DNA from: Eledone cirrhosa
Lineage: Eukaryota
Assembly (NCBI GenBank): GCA_964016885.1
Contig: OZ024754.1
Span: 40,362,001-40,426,000 of the forward strand
Length of the DNA: 64,000 nucleotides
Reading direction: 5' to 3'
In this document: piece after piece, positions 1 through 16,966 of the stretch
How positions within the stretch are numbered: the stretch's first letter is position 1
Layout of the letters: each line of letters starts with the position of its first letter
Made by a program: the position numbers and the translations under genes
Notes under the pieces: generated by a model
The model's input: the letters and a program-made list of their open reading frames with translations, nothing else
Told to the model about the DNA's origin: nothing
Databases searched by the model: none

Positions 1-1203
<1,203 letters not shown>

Positions 1204-2210
1204 AACTTTGAATAACTTTGAAATGTTTTGAGCCAGTATTGGCCCAGGCCATGTCTAACTTAATAGCACCACCTGGCGAAGTCTTTCAATTCAGGATTTG
1301 GGCACCATGGCCCATTCGAGAAGAGAATTACTGTTTGCGGAGACATATCCGGGTGTGGGTGGTTTGTCCGGGATTACTTGGAGGAATTTGTCCAAAGACT
1401 TCTTGAATTTTGTGTGGTCAGTTTCTGTTTTGACGTGTCCTGGTGTGATGTTGAAGAGAGCAGGGCCGATTGAGGTGAAATAATTGTGCCGTATTGTTGT
1501 ATGAGTTGCGATTTAGATTTTGAATGGGACGGATAGCACGGGGCCCAAGCCTTGGGTGTATCTTGAAGGCGATGCCAACATCATTTGGGCAGTGATGATG
1601 GAACATTTTCCACATCATGCAGATAATATAACGCTCACGGCGACGTTGGAGTGAGTAAAGTTTCAGGTTTTCCAATCGACCCCAGTAGTCAAGGTCTGAC
1701 ATGCCATCTATCTTTTTCGTGATTGCCCTTTGGGGAGCTTCAAGTTTCATGATACTTTGTTTCGTGTGGGGAGACCACAGTGGACAACAGTATTCAAGGT
1801 GTGGTCGGGCGAAAGTAGAGAAGAGAAGGATAATGGTGCGGGAATCTCTCGACTGGAAGGTTCTGAGGATCCAGGAACACATTCTGCGGGCCATGTCAAC
1901 TTTGCTGCTTATATGCGTGGTCCAGCTTATGTTGCTGTCCACGGTTACTCCCAAGTCTCTGATGTTGTTAGATGCCACGAGAGTTTCCCCGGAGGGAAGG
2001 GAGTACGGGAGTTTCAGAGCATCCTCTTTTCCAAAGTGGATCAGTTCGAATTTGTCTTCGTTCAGTAACATGTTGTTCTTTTCTGCCCATTGGGTAACAG
2101 CCAGTAGGTCTGACTGAAGGCTTATCCGGTCATCCACGCCATTGATGACCTTTTGGAGCTTGGAATCATCAGCGAAAATTTTAATGTTGCTGTGTTTGAT
2201 GATGTCAGTG
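1204..2210 (-). mobile_element. 5'-truncated CR1-like LINE: C-terminal reverse transcriptase region and 3' end, embedded in microsatellite
   Basis: ORF 1418..2266(-) carries IFADDSKL (RT catalytic F/YADD), RDLGVTVD, RPHLEYC and LYSLQRRRERY. After a frameshift near 1480 it continues FTSIGPALFN...KKSLDKFL...PDKPPTPGY. Confidence 0.88.
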
Positions 2211-3256
2211 ATATATATACATATATACATACATACATATATACATACATATATATACATATACATACATATATATTATATACATATATACATACATATA
2301 TATATATACATATATACATACATATATATATATACATATATACATACATATACATATATACATATATACATACATATATATATATACATATATACATACA
2401 TAATATATATATATACATATATACATACATATATATATATATACATACATATATATATATATACATATATACATACATATATATATATACATATATAACA
2501 TACATATATATATATACATATATACATACATATATATATATACATATATATATATACATATATACATACATATATATATATACATATACATTATATATAT
2601 ATACATATATACATACATATATATATACATATATATATATACATATATATATATACATATATACATATACATATATACATACATATATACATATACATAT
2701 ACATATATATATATACATATATATACATACATATATATATACATATATATAATACATATATATATATACATATATACATATACATATATACATACATATA
2801 TACATACATATATACATATACATATATACATATATACATACATATATATATATACATATATACATACATATATATATATATACACACATACATATATATA
2901 TACACATATACACACACATATATATATACACATATATATATATACACACATATATATATACAAACTACATATCATATATATATATACACAACCATACATA
3001 TATATATATACAACACATACCATATATAATATACACACATACATATATATATATATACACACATACATATATATATATATATACACACATACATATATAT
3101 ATATATATATACACACATACATATATATATATATATACACACATACATATATATATATATACACACATACATATATATATATATACACACATACATATAT
3201 ATATATATACACACATACATATATATATATATACACACATACATATATATATATAT

Positions 3257-3287
<31 letters not shown>

Positions 3288-5262
3288 CACACATACATAT
3301 ATATATATATATATACACACATACATATATATATATACACACATACATATATATATATATATACACACATACATATATATATATATATATACACATACAT
3401 ATATATATATATATACACACATACATATATATATATATATACACACATACATATATATATATATACACACATACATATATATATATATACACACATACAT
3501 ATATATATATATACACACATACATATATACACACATACATATATATATATATACACACATACATATATATATATATACACACATACATATATATATATAT
3601 ACACACATACATATATATATATATACACACATACATATATATATATATATACACACATACATATATATATATATACACACATACATATATATATATATAC
3701 ACACATACATATATATATATATACACACATACATATATATATATATACACACATACATATATATATATATACACACATACATATATATATATATACACAC
3801 ATACATATATATATATATATACACACACATATATATATATACACACATACATATATATATATATACACACATATATATATATATACACACATATATATAT
3901 ACACACATACATATATATATATATACACAACATAATTATATACACACATACATATATATATATACACATACATATATATATATACACATATATATATACA
4001 CATATATATATATATACACACACACATATATATATATATATACACACACATATATATATATACACACATATATATATATATATACACACACACATATATA
4101 TATATACACACACATATATATATATATACACACACATATATATATATATACACACACATATATATATATACACACACATACATATATATATATACACACA
4201 TATATATATATATATACACACTACATATCTATATATATATACACATACATATCTATATATACACACATACATATCTATATATGCACACATACATATCTAT
4301 ATAACACACATATATCTATATATACACACATACATATCTATATATACACACATACATATCTATATATACACATACATATACATATATCTATATATACACA
4401 TACATACATATCTATATATACACATACATACATATCTATATATACACATACATACATATCTATATATACACATACATACATATCTAATATATACACATAC
4501 ATACATATCTATATATACACATACATACATATCTATATATACACATACATACATATCTATATATACACATACATACATATCTATATATACACATACATAT
4601 ATATATATATATATACACATACATATATATATATATATATACACATACATATATATATATATATACACATACATATATATATATATATATACATACATAT
4701 ATATATATATATATACACATACATATATATATATATATATACACATACATATATATATATATATATATACACATACATATATATATATATATACACATAC
4801 ATATATATATATATATATACACATACATATATATATATATATACACATACATATATATATATATATATACACATACATATATATATATATATACACATAC
4901 ATATTATATATATATATACACATACATATATATATATATATACACATACATATATATATATATATATATACACATACATATATATATATATATATACACA
5001 TACATATATATATATATACACATACATATATATATATATATATATACACATACATATATATATATATATATACACATACATATATATATATATATATATA
5101 CACATACATATATATATATATATACACATACATATATATATATATATACACATACATATATATATATATATACACATACAATATATATATATATATACAC
5201 ATACATATATATATATATACACATACATATATATATATATAAACACATACATATATATATAT

Positions 5263-5294
<32 letters not shown>

Positions 5295-6050
5295 ACATAC
5301 ATATATATATACACATACACACACATACATATATATATATACACATATATATATATACACATATATATATATACACATATATATATACACATATATATAT
5401 ACACATATATATATATACACATATATATATATACACATATATATATATACACATATATATATACACACACACACATATATATATATACACACACACATAT
5501 ATATATATACACACACACATATATATATATACACACACACATATATATAACACACACACATATATATATATACACACACATATATATATATATACACACA
5601 CATATATATATATATACACACACATATATATTATATATATACACACACATATATATATATACACACACATATATATATATATACACACATATATATATAT
5701 ATACACACACACATATATATATACACACACATATATATATATATACACACACATATATATATATATATATATACACACACATATATATATATATATATAC
5801 ACACATATATATATATATATATACACACATATATATATACACACACATATACACACATATATATATACACACATATATATATATATACACACATATATAT
5901 ATATACACACACATATATATATATATACACACATATATATATATATACACACATATATATATACACACACATATATATATATACACACACATATATATAT
6001 ATATACACACATATATACACACACATATATACACACACATATATACACAC

Positions 6051-6083
<33 letters not shown>

Positions 6084-6108
6084 TATATACACACACATAT
6101 ATATATAC

Positions 6109-6155
<47 letters not shown>

Positions 6156-6183
6156 CACACACACATATATATATATATATATA
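2211..6183. repeat. long compound (TA)n/(CA)n microsatellite with higher-order units
   Basis: Units such as atatatacacacatac repeated over about 4 kb. Confidence 0.97.
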
Positions 6184-6764
6184 GTGGGTGTGTCACGGTG
6201 CATGAAGAGTTTTGACCTAATGGCCACACGGTCGCGACAGTCGGCAGGTTGACATGCCCTGGTCACTACTAGAAGGGGGCGGCAACAGCTTGATTCACCT
6301 TAACATATCTTACAACAGACATTAGATAATGTAATCCTAGATACACAATGCATGAAAGGATGGGGGACAGACAGGACAGACATTTCATAATGTTGAGCTA
6401 AATAAAAGAACCTTTACAAAACGAATTTCACAGAAAAAAAAAAAAAATGGCTATATTTTAAATTTACTTGAGATGATTTTTTACCTTTATTATTTTCTCT
6501 CTCTGTAAATATGATTTAAAATAAAAAGAAGAGATATAGTAGCAGGAAACCTGTTTAAGCTTTTTTTTTTATCATAAAATCCTCATTTGGTTATTTATTA
6601 CAAGAGATTAAACCGGCCATTATCAGTAGCTAGTCAGTCAGACACATTTCTGAATTGATTATGAATCTTAAATTAAGAAGCAACAGAAATGGCAATGAGA
6701 CATGGAAGATGACTTTAGATTAGATAGGAGAAAATATAAAAAACGTTGTTAGCAAAGTGAAACT

Positions 6765-8863
6765 ATACATACATACATATATTATATATATATATTTATA
6801 AATATATATATACATATTTATAAATATATATATATATATATATTATTATATATTCATATATATTTATATACATACATATATTATACACATACATATATTA
6901 TATACATACATATATATATATATTTATATATTTATATACATACATATTTATATACATACATATTTATATACATACATATATATATGTATTTATATATTTA
7001 TATACATACATATTTATATACATACATATATTATATACATACATATTTATATATATATATTATATTTATATACATACATATATTTATATACATACATATA
7101 TTATATACATATATACATTTATATACATACATATATTTATATACATACATATATTATATACATATATACATATATATACATACATATATTATATACATAT
7201 ATATTTATATACATATATATTTATATACATACATATATTATATACATACATATATATATATATATATATACATATATATTTATATACATACATATATTAT
7301 ATACATACATATATTATATACATACATATATATATATACATATATATTTATATACATATATATTTATATACATATATATTTATATACATACATATATTAT
7401 ATACATACATATTTATATATATATATATATACATATATTATATACATACATATTATATATATATATATATTATATACATACATATATTATATACATACAT
7501 ATTTATATATATATATATATATATATACATACATATATTATATACATACATATTTATATACATACATATATTATATACATACATATTTATATATATATAT
7601 ATATATACACATACATACATACATACATACATACATACATAATATATATATATACATAGATATATAATATATATATATATACATACATATATAATGATAT
7701 ATATATATACATACATATATAATATATATATATATACATACATATATAATATATATAATATATACATACATATATAATATATATATATATACATACATAT
7801 ATAATATTTATATATATATACATACATATATAATATATATACATACATATTAATATATATACATACATATATAATATATATATAATACATACATATGTAA
7901 TATATATATACATACATATTATATATTATAATATATAATATATCATACATATATAATATATATATACATACATATATAATATTATATATATACATACATA
8001 TATAATATATATATATATACATACATATATAATATATATATACATACATACATATATAATATAAATATATACATACATATATAATATATATATATACATA
8101 CATATATAATATATATATATATACATACATATATAATATATATATATATACATACATATATAATATATATATATATACATACATATATAATATATATATA
8201 TTATACATACATAATATATATATATATACATACATATATGTAATATATATATATATACATACATATATAATATATATATATACATACATATATAATATAT
8301 AAATACATATATAATATATATAATACATATATAATATATATACATAATATATATATATACATACATATATAATATATATACATACATATATATATATATA
8401 TACATACATATTAATATATACATACTATATATATATACATACATATATAATATATATATACATACATATATAATATATATAAACATACATATATAATATT
8501 ATACATACATATATAATATATATACATACATATTATAATATATATACATACATATATAATATATATACATACATATAATATATATACATATATAATATAT
8601 ATACATACATATATAATATATATACATACATATAATATATATACATACATATATAATATATATACATATATAATATATATACATACATATATAATATATA
8701 TACATACATATATATTATATACATACATATATAATATATATACATACATATATAATATATATACATACATATATATAATATTATTATACATACATATATA
8801 ATATATATACATACATATATAATATATATACATACATATATAATATATATACATACATATATA

Positions 8864-8898
<35 letters not shown>

Positions 8899-8945
8899 AT
8901 ATATATACATAAATATATATACATACATATATACATACATATATA

Positions 8946-9043
<98 letters not shown>

Positions 9044-9058
9044 ATATATGTATATTAT
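6765..9058. repeat. AT-rich compound microsatellite (tacatacatatataata-type units)
   Basis: Direct inspection; runs into the assembly gap. Confidence 0.95.
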
Positions 9059-9258
9059 NNNNNNNNNNNNNNNNNNNNNNNNNNNNNNNNNNNNNNNNNN
9101 NNNNNNNNNNNNNNNNNNNNNNNNNNNNNNNNNNNNNNNNNNNNNNNNNNNNNNNNNNNNNNNNNNNNNNNNNNNNNNNNNNNNNNNNNNNNNNNNNNNN
9201 NNNNNNNNNNNNNNNNNNNNNNNNNNNNNNNNNNNNNNNNNNNNNNNNNNNNNNNNNN
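9059..9258. other. assembly gap (200 N)
   Basis: Run of N. Confidence 1.
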
Positions 9259-9530
9259 TAATTAAACACTAAAGAGTTCCACTCAAGTCTCATAACTTTA
9301 GTTTACTTTGCAGCTTTTATTTGGCATAAGTAACTTTGAAATACTTAGGCCGTGCGCGAGATTTAAATGGTAGTATAAACTTTATCAACTATTTTATCAG
9401 CACTTTAGAAGGAAATTAATTATAAAACAAACTTCATTTTTATTATTGTATTAATAATATTCTGTTATTAATTAATTTATCGTTTGTTAAAAGTGAAAGT
9501 AGTAAAAAAAATCTTTTCTTCTTCGCCATT

Positions 9531-10292
9531 ATGAATTACAATCCACATCCTTCGTTTCATCCGAATATAAATCAACGTAGTCATCCGATGTCCCAACCTC
9601 CTCGCAATAACCCGTCGACATTCATATTTTGAAGGGAACAAAGAACAGAATTATCCCAGCCATTGTAGGCTACGACAAAGAAGACCAGAACTTGATGATA
9701 TTGCCATTTTCTAAACATCTCGCTTTCATTTTGCGTCACCCGAAAAATGATTCAAGATTGAAAATGAACGACGAAGGATATATTTACGTTAAAGATATTT
9801 TAAAAGAGAGGAGATTCAGTGGTTATGTTGATAAACAAGATATTTTTACGAATCGTTGAATGTAATGACAAACGTCGATTTTCTCTGAAATATGATTGTT
9901 ATGGAGATTGTATGATTCGTGCATGTCAGGGACATTCAGTGGAGTTAAATCTTCACTTGGAGACGATATTACATCCCGATCATTTCCCTGTGGTTGTTCA
10001 CGGAACCACACATGATGCCTGGCAATTCATTCGTACTGAAGGTTTAAGGAATACGAACCGTTCTTATATCCACTTTGCCATTGGGTTGCCAGGTGATGGT
10101 GTTGTTAGTGGAATACGCAATTCCAGTGAAATCTGTATTTTTATCAACTTGGAGAAAGCCATGCATTATGGATTAAAATTTTTCCTTTCAGAAAACTTTG
10201 TGGTTTTATCTAAAGGAGACGAATATGGAATAATTAAACCCATTTTCTTTTCTCATGTCATTGATAGAAAAACAAACCAACCTCTAATGTAG
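9531..10292 (+). CDS. TRPT1: tRNA 2'-phosphotransferase (Tpt1/KptA family), intronless, three apparent +1 frameshifts
   Basis: Motifs SKHLAFILRH, NDKRRF, IRACQGHS, VVHGT, YIHFA, SGIR and SENFVVLS. Removing one T from each T-run at 9627-9630, 9707-9710 and 9843-9847 gives one continuous 252-aa ORF from ATG 9531 to TAG 10292. Could be a pseudogene or an assembly error. Confidence 0.85.
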
Positions 10293-10458
10293 CATTTAAA
10301 TAATAAGTGAAGCTAAAAAAAATAACATCTTAGATTCTATATCTAATCTATAACTGTTCAATATTTCTTTTCTCCTTTAATTATTTCAACTGCTTTAAAA
10401 ACAAAACATACTTCACTCTTCTAAAAACTAAACTATTACAAATCATTAACAGGTCAAA

Positions 10459-10496
<38 letters not shown>

Positions 10497-10679
10497 ATTT
10501 ATAACCATTATTTTTACTGATTTGAGCAATTCTCATCATCTGTAATCGAAGGAAAATCGAAGAGTTACTTTGCTGATCGACAGTCAACTGATTTTCTGGG
10601 TTTTTTTTAATATCGTTTTTTTTTTTTTTATAAGCGTTATATAAGTTTGTTGATCAAGTTAGGTGTCAAAATTATATAA

Positions 10680-11450
10680 AAAGACTATATAATATATATA
10701 TGTATGTATATATATATATATATTTATGTATAAGTATATATATATACATATATATTTATTTATTTACATATATAAAATATATCATGTATATATATATATA
10801 TATTTATATATATATTTATATATATATACATATATATATATGTATATAAATGTATGTATATATCTATATATATATATGTATATATAAATTTAAATATATA
10901 TAAAATATATAATGTATATATATATATATATTTATATATATATACATATATATATATGTATATAAATGTATGTATATATCTATATATATATATGTATATA
11001 TAAATTTAAATATATATAAAATATATATTTATGTATATATATATATATATAAGTGTATATATAAATTTAAATGTATATAAAATATATATTTATGTATATA
11101 TAAATCTAAATGTATATAAAATATATATTTATGTGTATAGACACACATATAGACATACGTATGTGTGTGTATAAGACATGAGTTTGAAATCAATTGATTG
11201 TTAAAGTAAATAAATAAATATTCAATTTTGGCTTATAAAATAAATATTTTGCTAATAGTTACATTCCATGTGAGAAATGAAGCTTTTATTGTTAAAAAAA
11301 ACAGAAAATAACCGTATTTTGTAATTTGTATTTAATGTCTAAAGTAAATTATATTATATAGGTCAGCGTTGAATGGCGAGGAAGACTGGCTTTTTATTTT
11401 ATCAACAAGTTTCAATGTTAAACGAATGGCGTGTGTGTGTATATATATAT

Positions 11451-11490
<40 letters not shown>

Positions 11491-11532
11491 GTGTGTGTAT
11501 ATATATATATATTTATATTGTGTGTGTGTATT

Positions 11533-11583
<51 letters not shown>

Positions 11584-11588
11584 GTGTG

Positions 11589-11619
<31 letters not shown>

Positions 11620-12085
11620 ATGTATCTACGTGTGTATATATGTATGTGATGTGTGTGTGTGTATGTATCTACGTGTGTATGTATGTATGTATGTGATGTG
11701 TGTGTGTGTATGTAGCTACGTGTGTATATATGTATGTGATGTGTGTGTGTATATGTATGTTATGTGTATGTATCTACGTGTGTATATATGTATGTTATGT
11801 GTGTGTGTATGTATCTACATGTGTGTGTATATATATATATATATGTATATATATGTATGTTATGTGTATGTATCTACGTGTGTATATATGTATGTGATGT
11901 GTGTGTGTATATATATATGTATGTTATGTGTATGTATCTACGTGTGTATATGTGATGTGTGTGTGTGTATGTATCTACATGTGTATATATATATATGTAT
12001 GTGTGATGTGTGCGTATATATATATATACACGTGTGTATGTGTGTGCGTATATATATATATATATATATATGTGTGTATATAAAT

Positions 12086-12138
<53 letters not shown>

Positions 12139-12373
12139 CATATATAAATTGTTTGTAATTTTCTCGGTTTTATTTTCAGTTTGATAATAACTCGACAAAC
12201 TCACACAAATATATTTTATGCAACAATCTTCGTTACTCAACATCAAAGCTTTTTCCACAGTTTGTAACCCCGTCTCTACGTGGCCGATCAATATGTTAAA
12301 TATAGCAGCAAATCCTCCCTCAAATCACACTCTAAAAAAAAAACGGGGATATTATGTGTCTATATATATATAT

Positions 12374-12423
<50 letters not shown>

Positions 12424-12790
12424 GTGTGTGTAGATGTATGAATGTATATGTGGAGATGTTTGTATGTATATATATATATATATATGTGTACACATACATA
12501 TGTGTGTGTGTGTAGATGTATGTATGTACACACGTGTGTGTGTAGATGTATGTATGTACACACGTGTGTGTGTAGATGTATGTATATATATATATATATA
12601 TGTACACATGCATGTGTGTAGATGTTTGTATGTATATATATATATATGTACACATACATGTGTGTGTGTAGATGTATGTATGTACACACGTGTGTGTGTG
12701 TAGATGTATGTATGTACACACGTGTGTGTGTAGATGTATGTATATATATATATATATATGTACTCATGCATGTGTGTAGATGTTTGTATG

Positions 12791-12822
<32 letters not shown>

Positions 12823-12874
12823 TGTGTGTGTGTAGATGTATGTATGTACACACGTGTGTGTGTGTAGATGTATG

Positions 12875-12905
<31 letters not shown>

Positions 12906-13252
12906 GTGTGTAGATGTATTTATGTATATATATATATATGTGTGTGTACACACACGTGTGTAGTGTAGATAAATGTATATATATGTGTGTGTGTGTGTAG
13001 ATGTATGTATATATATATATGTACACACGTGTGTGTGTAGATGAATGTATATATATGTATGTGTGGATGTATGTATGTATATATATGTACACATGCATAT
13101 GTGTGTGTGTGTGTCGATGTATATATATATATATACACACGTGTGTGTGTAGATGTATATATATATATGTACACACGTGTGTGTGTAAATGTATGTGTAT
13201 ATATATATATATATATAGGTGCGCATACACGTGTGAGTGTGTATATATATAT
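10680..13252. repeat. (TA)n/(TG)n compound microsatellite blocks with short unique inserts
   Basis: Direct inspection; includes tatgtatctacgtgtg and tagatgtatgtatgtacacacg higher-order units. Confidence 0.9.
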
Positions 13253-13513
13253 CATCGTTTAATGTCCATTTTCCACGCTTACATGGGTTTGACGGGTTGT
13301 CCCGTTATGAGACAAGTCAGGTCTTGCTCATATGAATCTATTTTGGTTTGGTTTCTATGGCTGGGTGATATATATATATCAGATAGGGTGTGGTAAATAC
13401 CATTAGACCGTAACCCACCAGAGTACTTGTTACTTTGGGTAGTAGAGTGGGTAATATGAGTGCTGACTGTTGAAATGATCGGAGCTCAGTCGTCGGGGTC
13501 CTGAAGCTTTTCT

Positions 13514-13544
<31 letters not shown>

Positions 13545-13684
13545 TACAATAACAGAGATAGTTTAAAGCTAATCTCTGACTGGTAACCATCTCACTCAAC
13601 AAACAGGTTATATTTTAATATAAACCCAATTTAAGTGTTTGGGGTGCTAACTATGTATTATGTGGAAAAGCCAGTTGTATTATG

Positions 13685-13733
<49 letters not shown>

Positions 13734-13734
<1 letters not shown>

Positions 13735-13830
13735 TCTCGGGTCTCGAATAAATGTCACCTCTCCCCTTTATTAATGTTTTCCACCACCCCGCTTATTCCA
13801 CACATACCCCTTTTATTTGGGACCCGGGCG
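13734..13830. mobile_element. Tc1/mariner-type MITE
   Basis: Imperfect TIRs CTCTCGGGTCTCGAATAAA / TTTATTTGGGACCCGGGCG flanked by TA on both sides. Confidence 0.6.
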
Positions 13831-13891
13831 TATATATCTATATCTATATATATATGTGTGTCTGTGTGTAACTTGGTTATGTAACGCTTTT

Positions 13892-14260
13892 TCATCATCA
13901 TCATCATCATCATCATCACCATCACCACCATCATCGTCATCTCCAATGGTCGGTAAATATGCGATGATCAGTTCCTCTCAATCCTTCTATCACCTTAACC
14001 ACATTGTCCAGTTCTATGAATTTCTTACCGACCATTTGCGGCCTGGTCTTCTTCCCAATCACTTCTGTAGTGTCATGTCATAACAAATCTACCCCAGCAG
14101 AACCCACCTTAGAACATGTCCAAGACATTCTAATGTCTCAGACTATTTTGTTCCAACACTTGAAAGTATCTTTCTGACTCCAAGGAATGTTCAATGTCCG
14201 ACGACGATGGCTCCACATTTCAAAAGCTACCTTTCTCATAATATCCCTAGCTATGGGCCG
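13892..14260 (-). mobile_element. degenerate RTE-like LINE 3' fragment with (GAT)n tail
   Basis: The minus strand reads AFEMWSHRR..LNIPW and GRRPGRKW; (cat)n on + at 13892-13940 is the tail. Confidence 0.55.
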
Positions 14261-14379
14261 TACCAAAATACCAAGTTCTGAGTACCCTTATCTTCGTAAA
14301 AATATTGAAGTTGTTCTACATACGGTGAGCCTTCTACATGAATGTTTGCTTCGCTATCACTCGCACTCCGTCGGTTACG

Positions 14380-14680
14380 ACGACGAGTGTTCCAGTTGAT
14401 CCAATCAACGGACGGAACAGCATGCTCGTGAAATTAATGTGCAGGTGGTTGAGCCTTCCACAGACATGCGTACCTTTAACATAGTTCTCGGGGAGATCCA
14501 GCATGACACCGAACGTGACAAGACTGGCCCTTCGAATTACAGGTACAATTCATTTTTGCCAGCTGGAATGGACTGGAGCAAGGTGAAATAAAGTGTCTTG
14601 CTCAAGCACACAACCGCCGGCGGGAATCGAACTCACGGCCTTACGATTTGGAGCCGAATACCCTAACCATAAAGCCATAA
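14380..14680 (-). mobile_element. tRNA-derived SINE (family A)
   Basis: Minus-strand head TGGCTTTATGG (A box) ... GAGTTCGATTCC (B box), then TGCTTGAGCAAGACACTTTATTTCACCTTGCTCCAG. Related copies at ~19520-19750(+), 26030-26230(+), 26750-26900(-), 29110-29190(-), 35355-35570(+) and 42580-42650(-). Confidence 0.8.
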
Positions 14681-14984
14681 CTCGTAGATATCTAAATATC
14701 TGTCCACATTCCATTACTTCTCTCTCATTCAATGACCAGCTGTGTCTTAGTTCTACCATTTCTTATCTATAACCATACATTTTATTTTAGGGAAATGTTA
14801 TGTTAAATTCCCGCGCAATCTCTACTAGAGTTCCTCAAGAATGTTTTCACAACACAACCCCTTGTCTATTGACAACCACTACAGTTTGGCCCTCATACAC
14901 AATTCAATTAATGATTATGTCTCTTACTCAGTCACCGTCTCATCATTTTATTTCAAAGGTCACGTCTACATAAGTATTATATAA

Positions 14985-15470
14985 CTTTCTATTTTTGGCA
15001 CAAAGCCAGCCATTTTCCCAGCGCATTACTGGTACTTTATTATACGGGCCCCGTAGTAATTGTTTCTACTTTTGGCACAAGGCCAGCAATTACCCCCAGT
15101 GCATTACTGGTACTTTATTATACCGATCCCGTAATAATTGTTTCTACTTTTGGCACAAGGCCAGCAATAACCCCAGTGCATTACTGGTACTTTATTATAC
15201 CGATCCCGTAATAATTGTTTCTACTTTTGGCACAAGGTCAGCAATTACCTCAGTGCATTACTGGTACTTTATTATACCGATCCCGTAATAATTGTTTCTA
15301 CTTTTGGCACAAGGCCAGCAATTACCCCAGTGTATTACTGGTACTTTATTTTATCGACCCTCGTAACGATGAAAGGCTAAGTTAACCTCGGCGGGATTTG
15401 AACTCGGGACGTAAAGGGCCATGACTTTATGCTGCAAAGAATGGTGCCTAGCGCTTTACCGATACTGCCA
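14985..15470 (-). mobile_element. tRNA-derived SINE (family B) whose 3' ~77 bp is tandemly amplified 4-5 times
   Basis: B box GAGTTCAAATCCC followed by GCCTTTCATC..GGGTCGATAAAATAAAGTACCAG on the - strand. Unit aataattgtttctacttttggcacaaggccagcaattaccccagtgcattactggtactttattataccgatcccgt recurs at 77-nt spacing. Other copies at ~17585, 22060, 22675, 34700, 34860, 36490, 40010, 42190 and 53330. Confidence 0.8.
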
Positions 15471-15894
15471 ATTACATATCCTTACCCAAACCCTTTAGTT
15501 ACAATAATCGACAGCCTCTCAAACCTTTGTCAATATACCTCCATTGTTTTATATAGCTTAGAGATAATTCGTAGACATTTCATGTCCATACCCCGTTCTT
15601 TAAGTACTGAGAGAAACTTCGTAAGATCAGTGACGGATTTAGGACAAATGAGGCCCCTTACTTGTGCCCTGAAGGAGGTAAATCCGGCACTGCGTATGAT
15701 CTACTACATGGTAGATGTACTCCATTGGTGCTGACCTAGGGCTAAACAACAGCTATTTTATTTTCTCCAGTGAAATTTGTTGACAAATTAGTGTTTTATG
15801 AATACTTAAGGACACGGACGTATTTCAAGTGAGGCAGTACAATGTCAAACTTCACATACGTCCAGACATAACCTAATTTGATTTTAAATATTTA

Positions 15895-15930
<36 letters not shown>

Positions 15931-16461
15931 CATTTAAGGTTAATAATACGAAGGAAAATGTCTGTTATTTTGTATTTTAACTCCAGACTTAAAATTACAT
16001 CTGAGTAACGTTTTTAAGGGCGTTTTTCTTTTCTGATATATTTTATGTATAAATCATAACATAGATATGATCGATTCTTTGGTCATTTTAGTGCGTTTCG
16101 ATATTCGATAACTTCCTCGCAATTAAAATAGAAAACAAGCGACTAAGGAGATAGGAATATGTCTGGTAATAGGCATACGTCTGGGGATAAAAATCTTTTA
16201 AAAAATTAAGTAATGAGAAAAAAGTGGGGAAGGGCAGATCTAGCTGTAGGGGGAAGTAAAGGAAACCCTCTCCCTTCTGTTGCGACCCAACAGTCCTTTC
16301 TTATTCCAGACTATATTTAGATATTCGTAATAACGTTTTCATTATTTGTCAGGAATGGAGCGGATAGAGCAACGCACATCACTCTTTTGGCCGTTCTTAT
16401 GACAAATATTCAAAAGTGATGGCGAAAATAAACAACTTTATTTGTTGTTAAAACACAAAGG

Positions 16462-16966
16462 AAAATACTAAACCTTAATATAAATAATTGTTTCTACTTT
16501 AGGCATAAGGCCAGCAAATACCCAGTACATTACTGGTACTTTATTTTATCGATAAATAATGTTTAATTTTAAGACACTGTTGTACATTGAACAAACTAAG
16601 CCTTAATATAAATAATGTTTATTTTTAAAACACTATTGTACAGAGAAAATACTAAGCCTTAATATAAATAATGTTTATTTTTAAGGTACTGTTGTACATT
16701 AAAAATACTAAACCTTAATATAAATGTTTAATTTTAAGGTACTGTTGTACATTGAAAATACTAAACCTTAATATAAATAATGTTTATTTTTAAAACACTA
16801 TTGTACATAGAAAATACTAAACCTTAATATAAATAACGTTTATTTTTAAGGTACTATTGTACATTTAAAATACTAAACCTTAATATAAATGTTTAATTTT
16901 AAGGTACTGTTGTACATTGAAAATACTAAACCTTAATATAAATAATGTTTATTTTTAAAACACTAT
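16462..16966. repeat. AT-rich minisatellite, ~53-56 bp unit, ~8 copies
   Basis: aaaatactaaaccttaatataaat(aat)gtttatttttaaggtactgttgtacatt repeated; the first unit is interrupted by a SINE-B tail fragment. Confidence 0.85.

Noticed and set aside
14620-14680. tRNA-like A/B boxes (also near 15400, 22785, 36585 and 53370)
   Set aside because: These are SINE heads followed by repeat bodies; no complete cloverleaf, so not tRNA genes.
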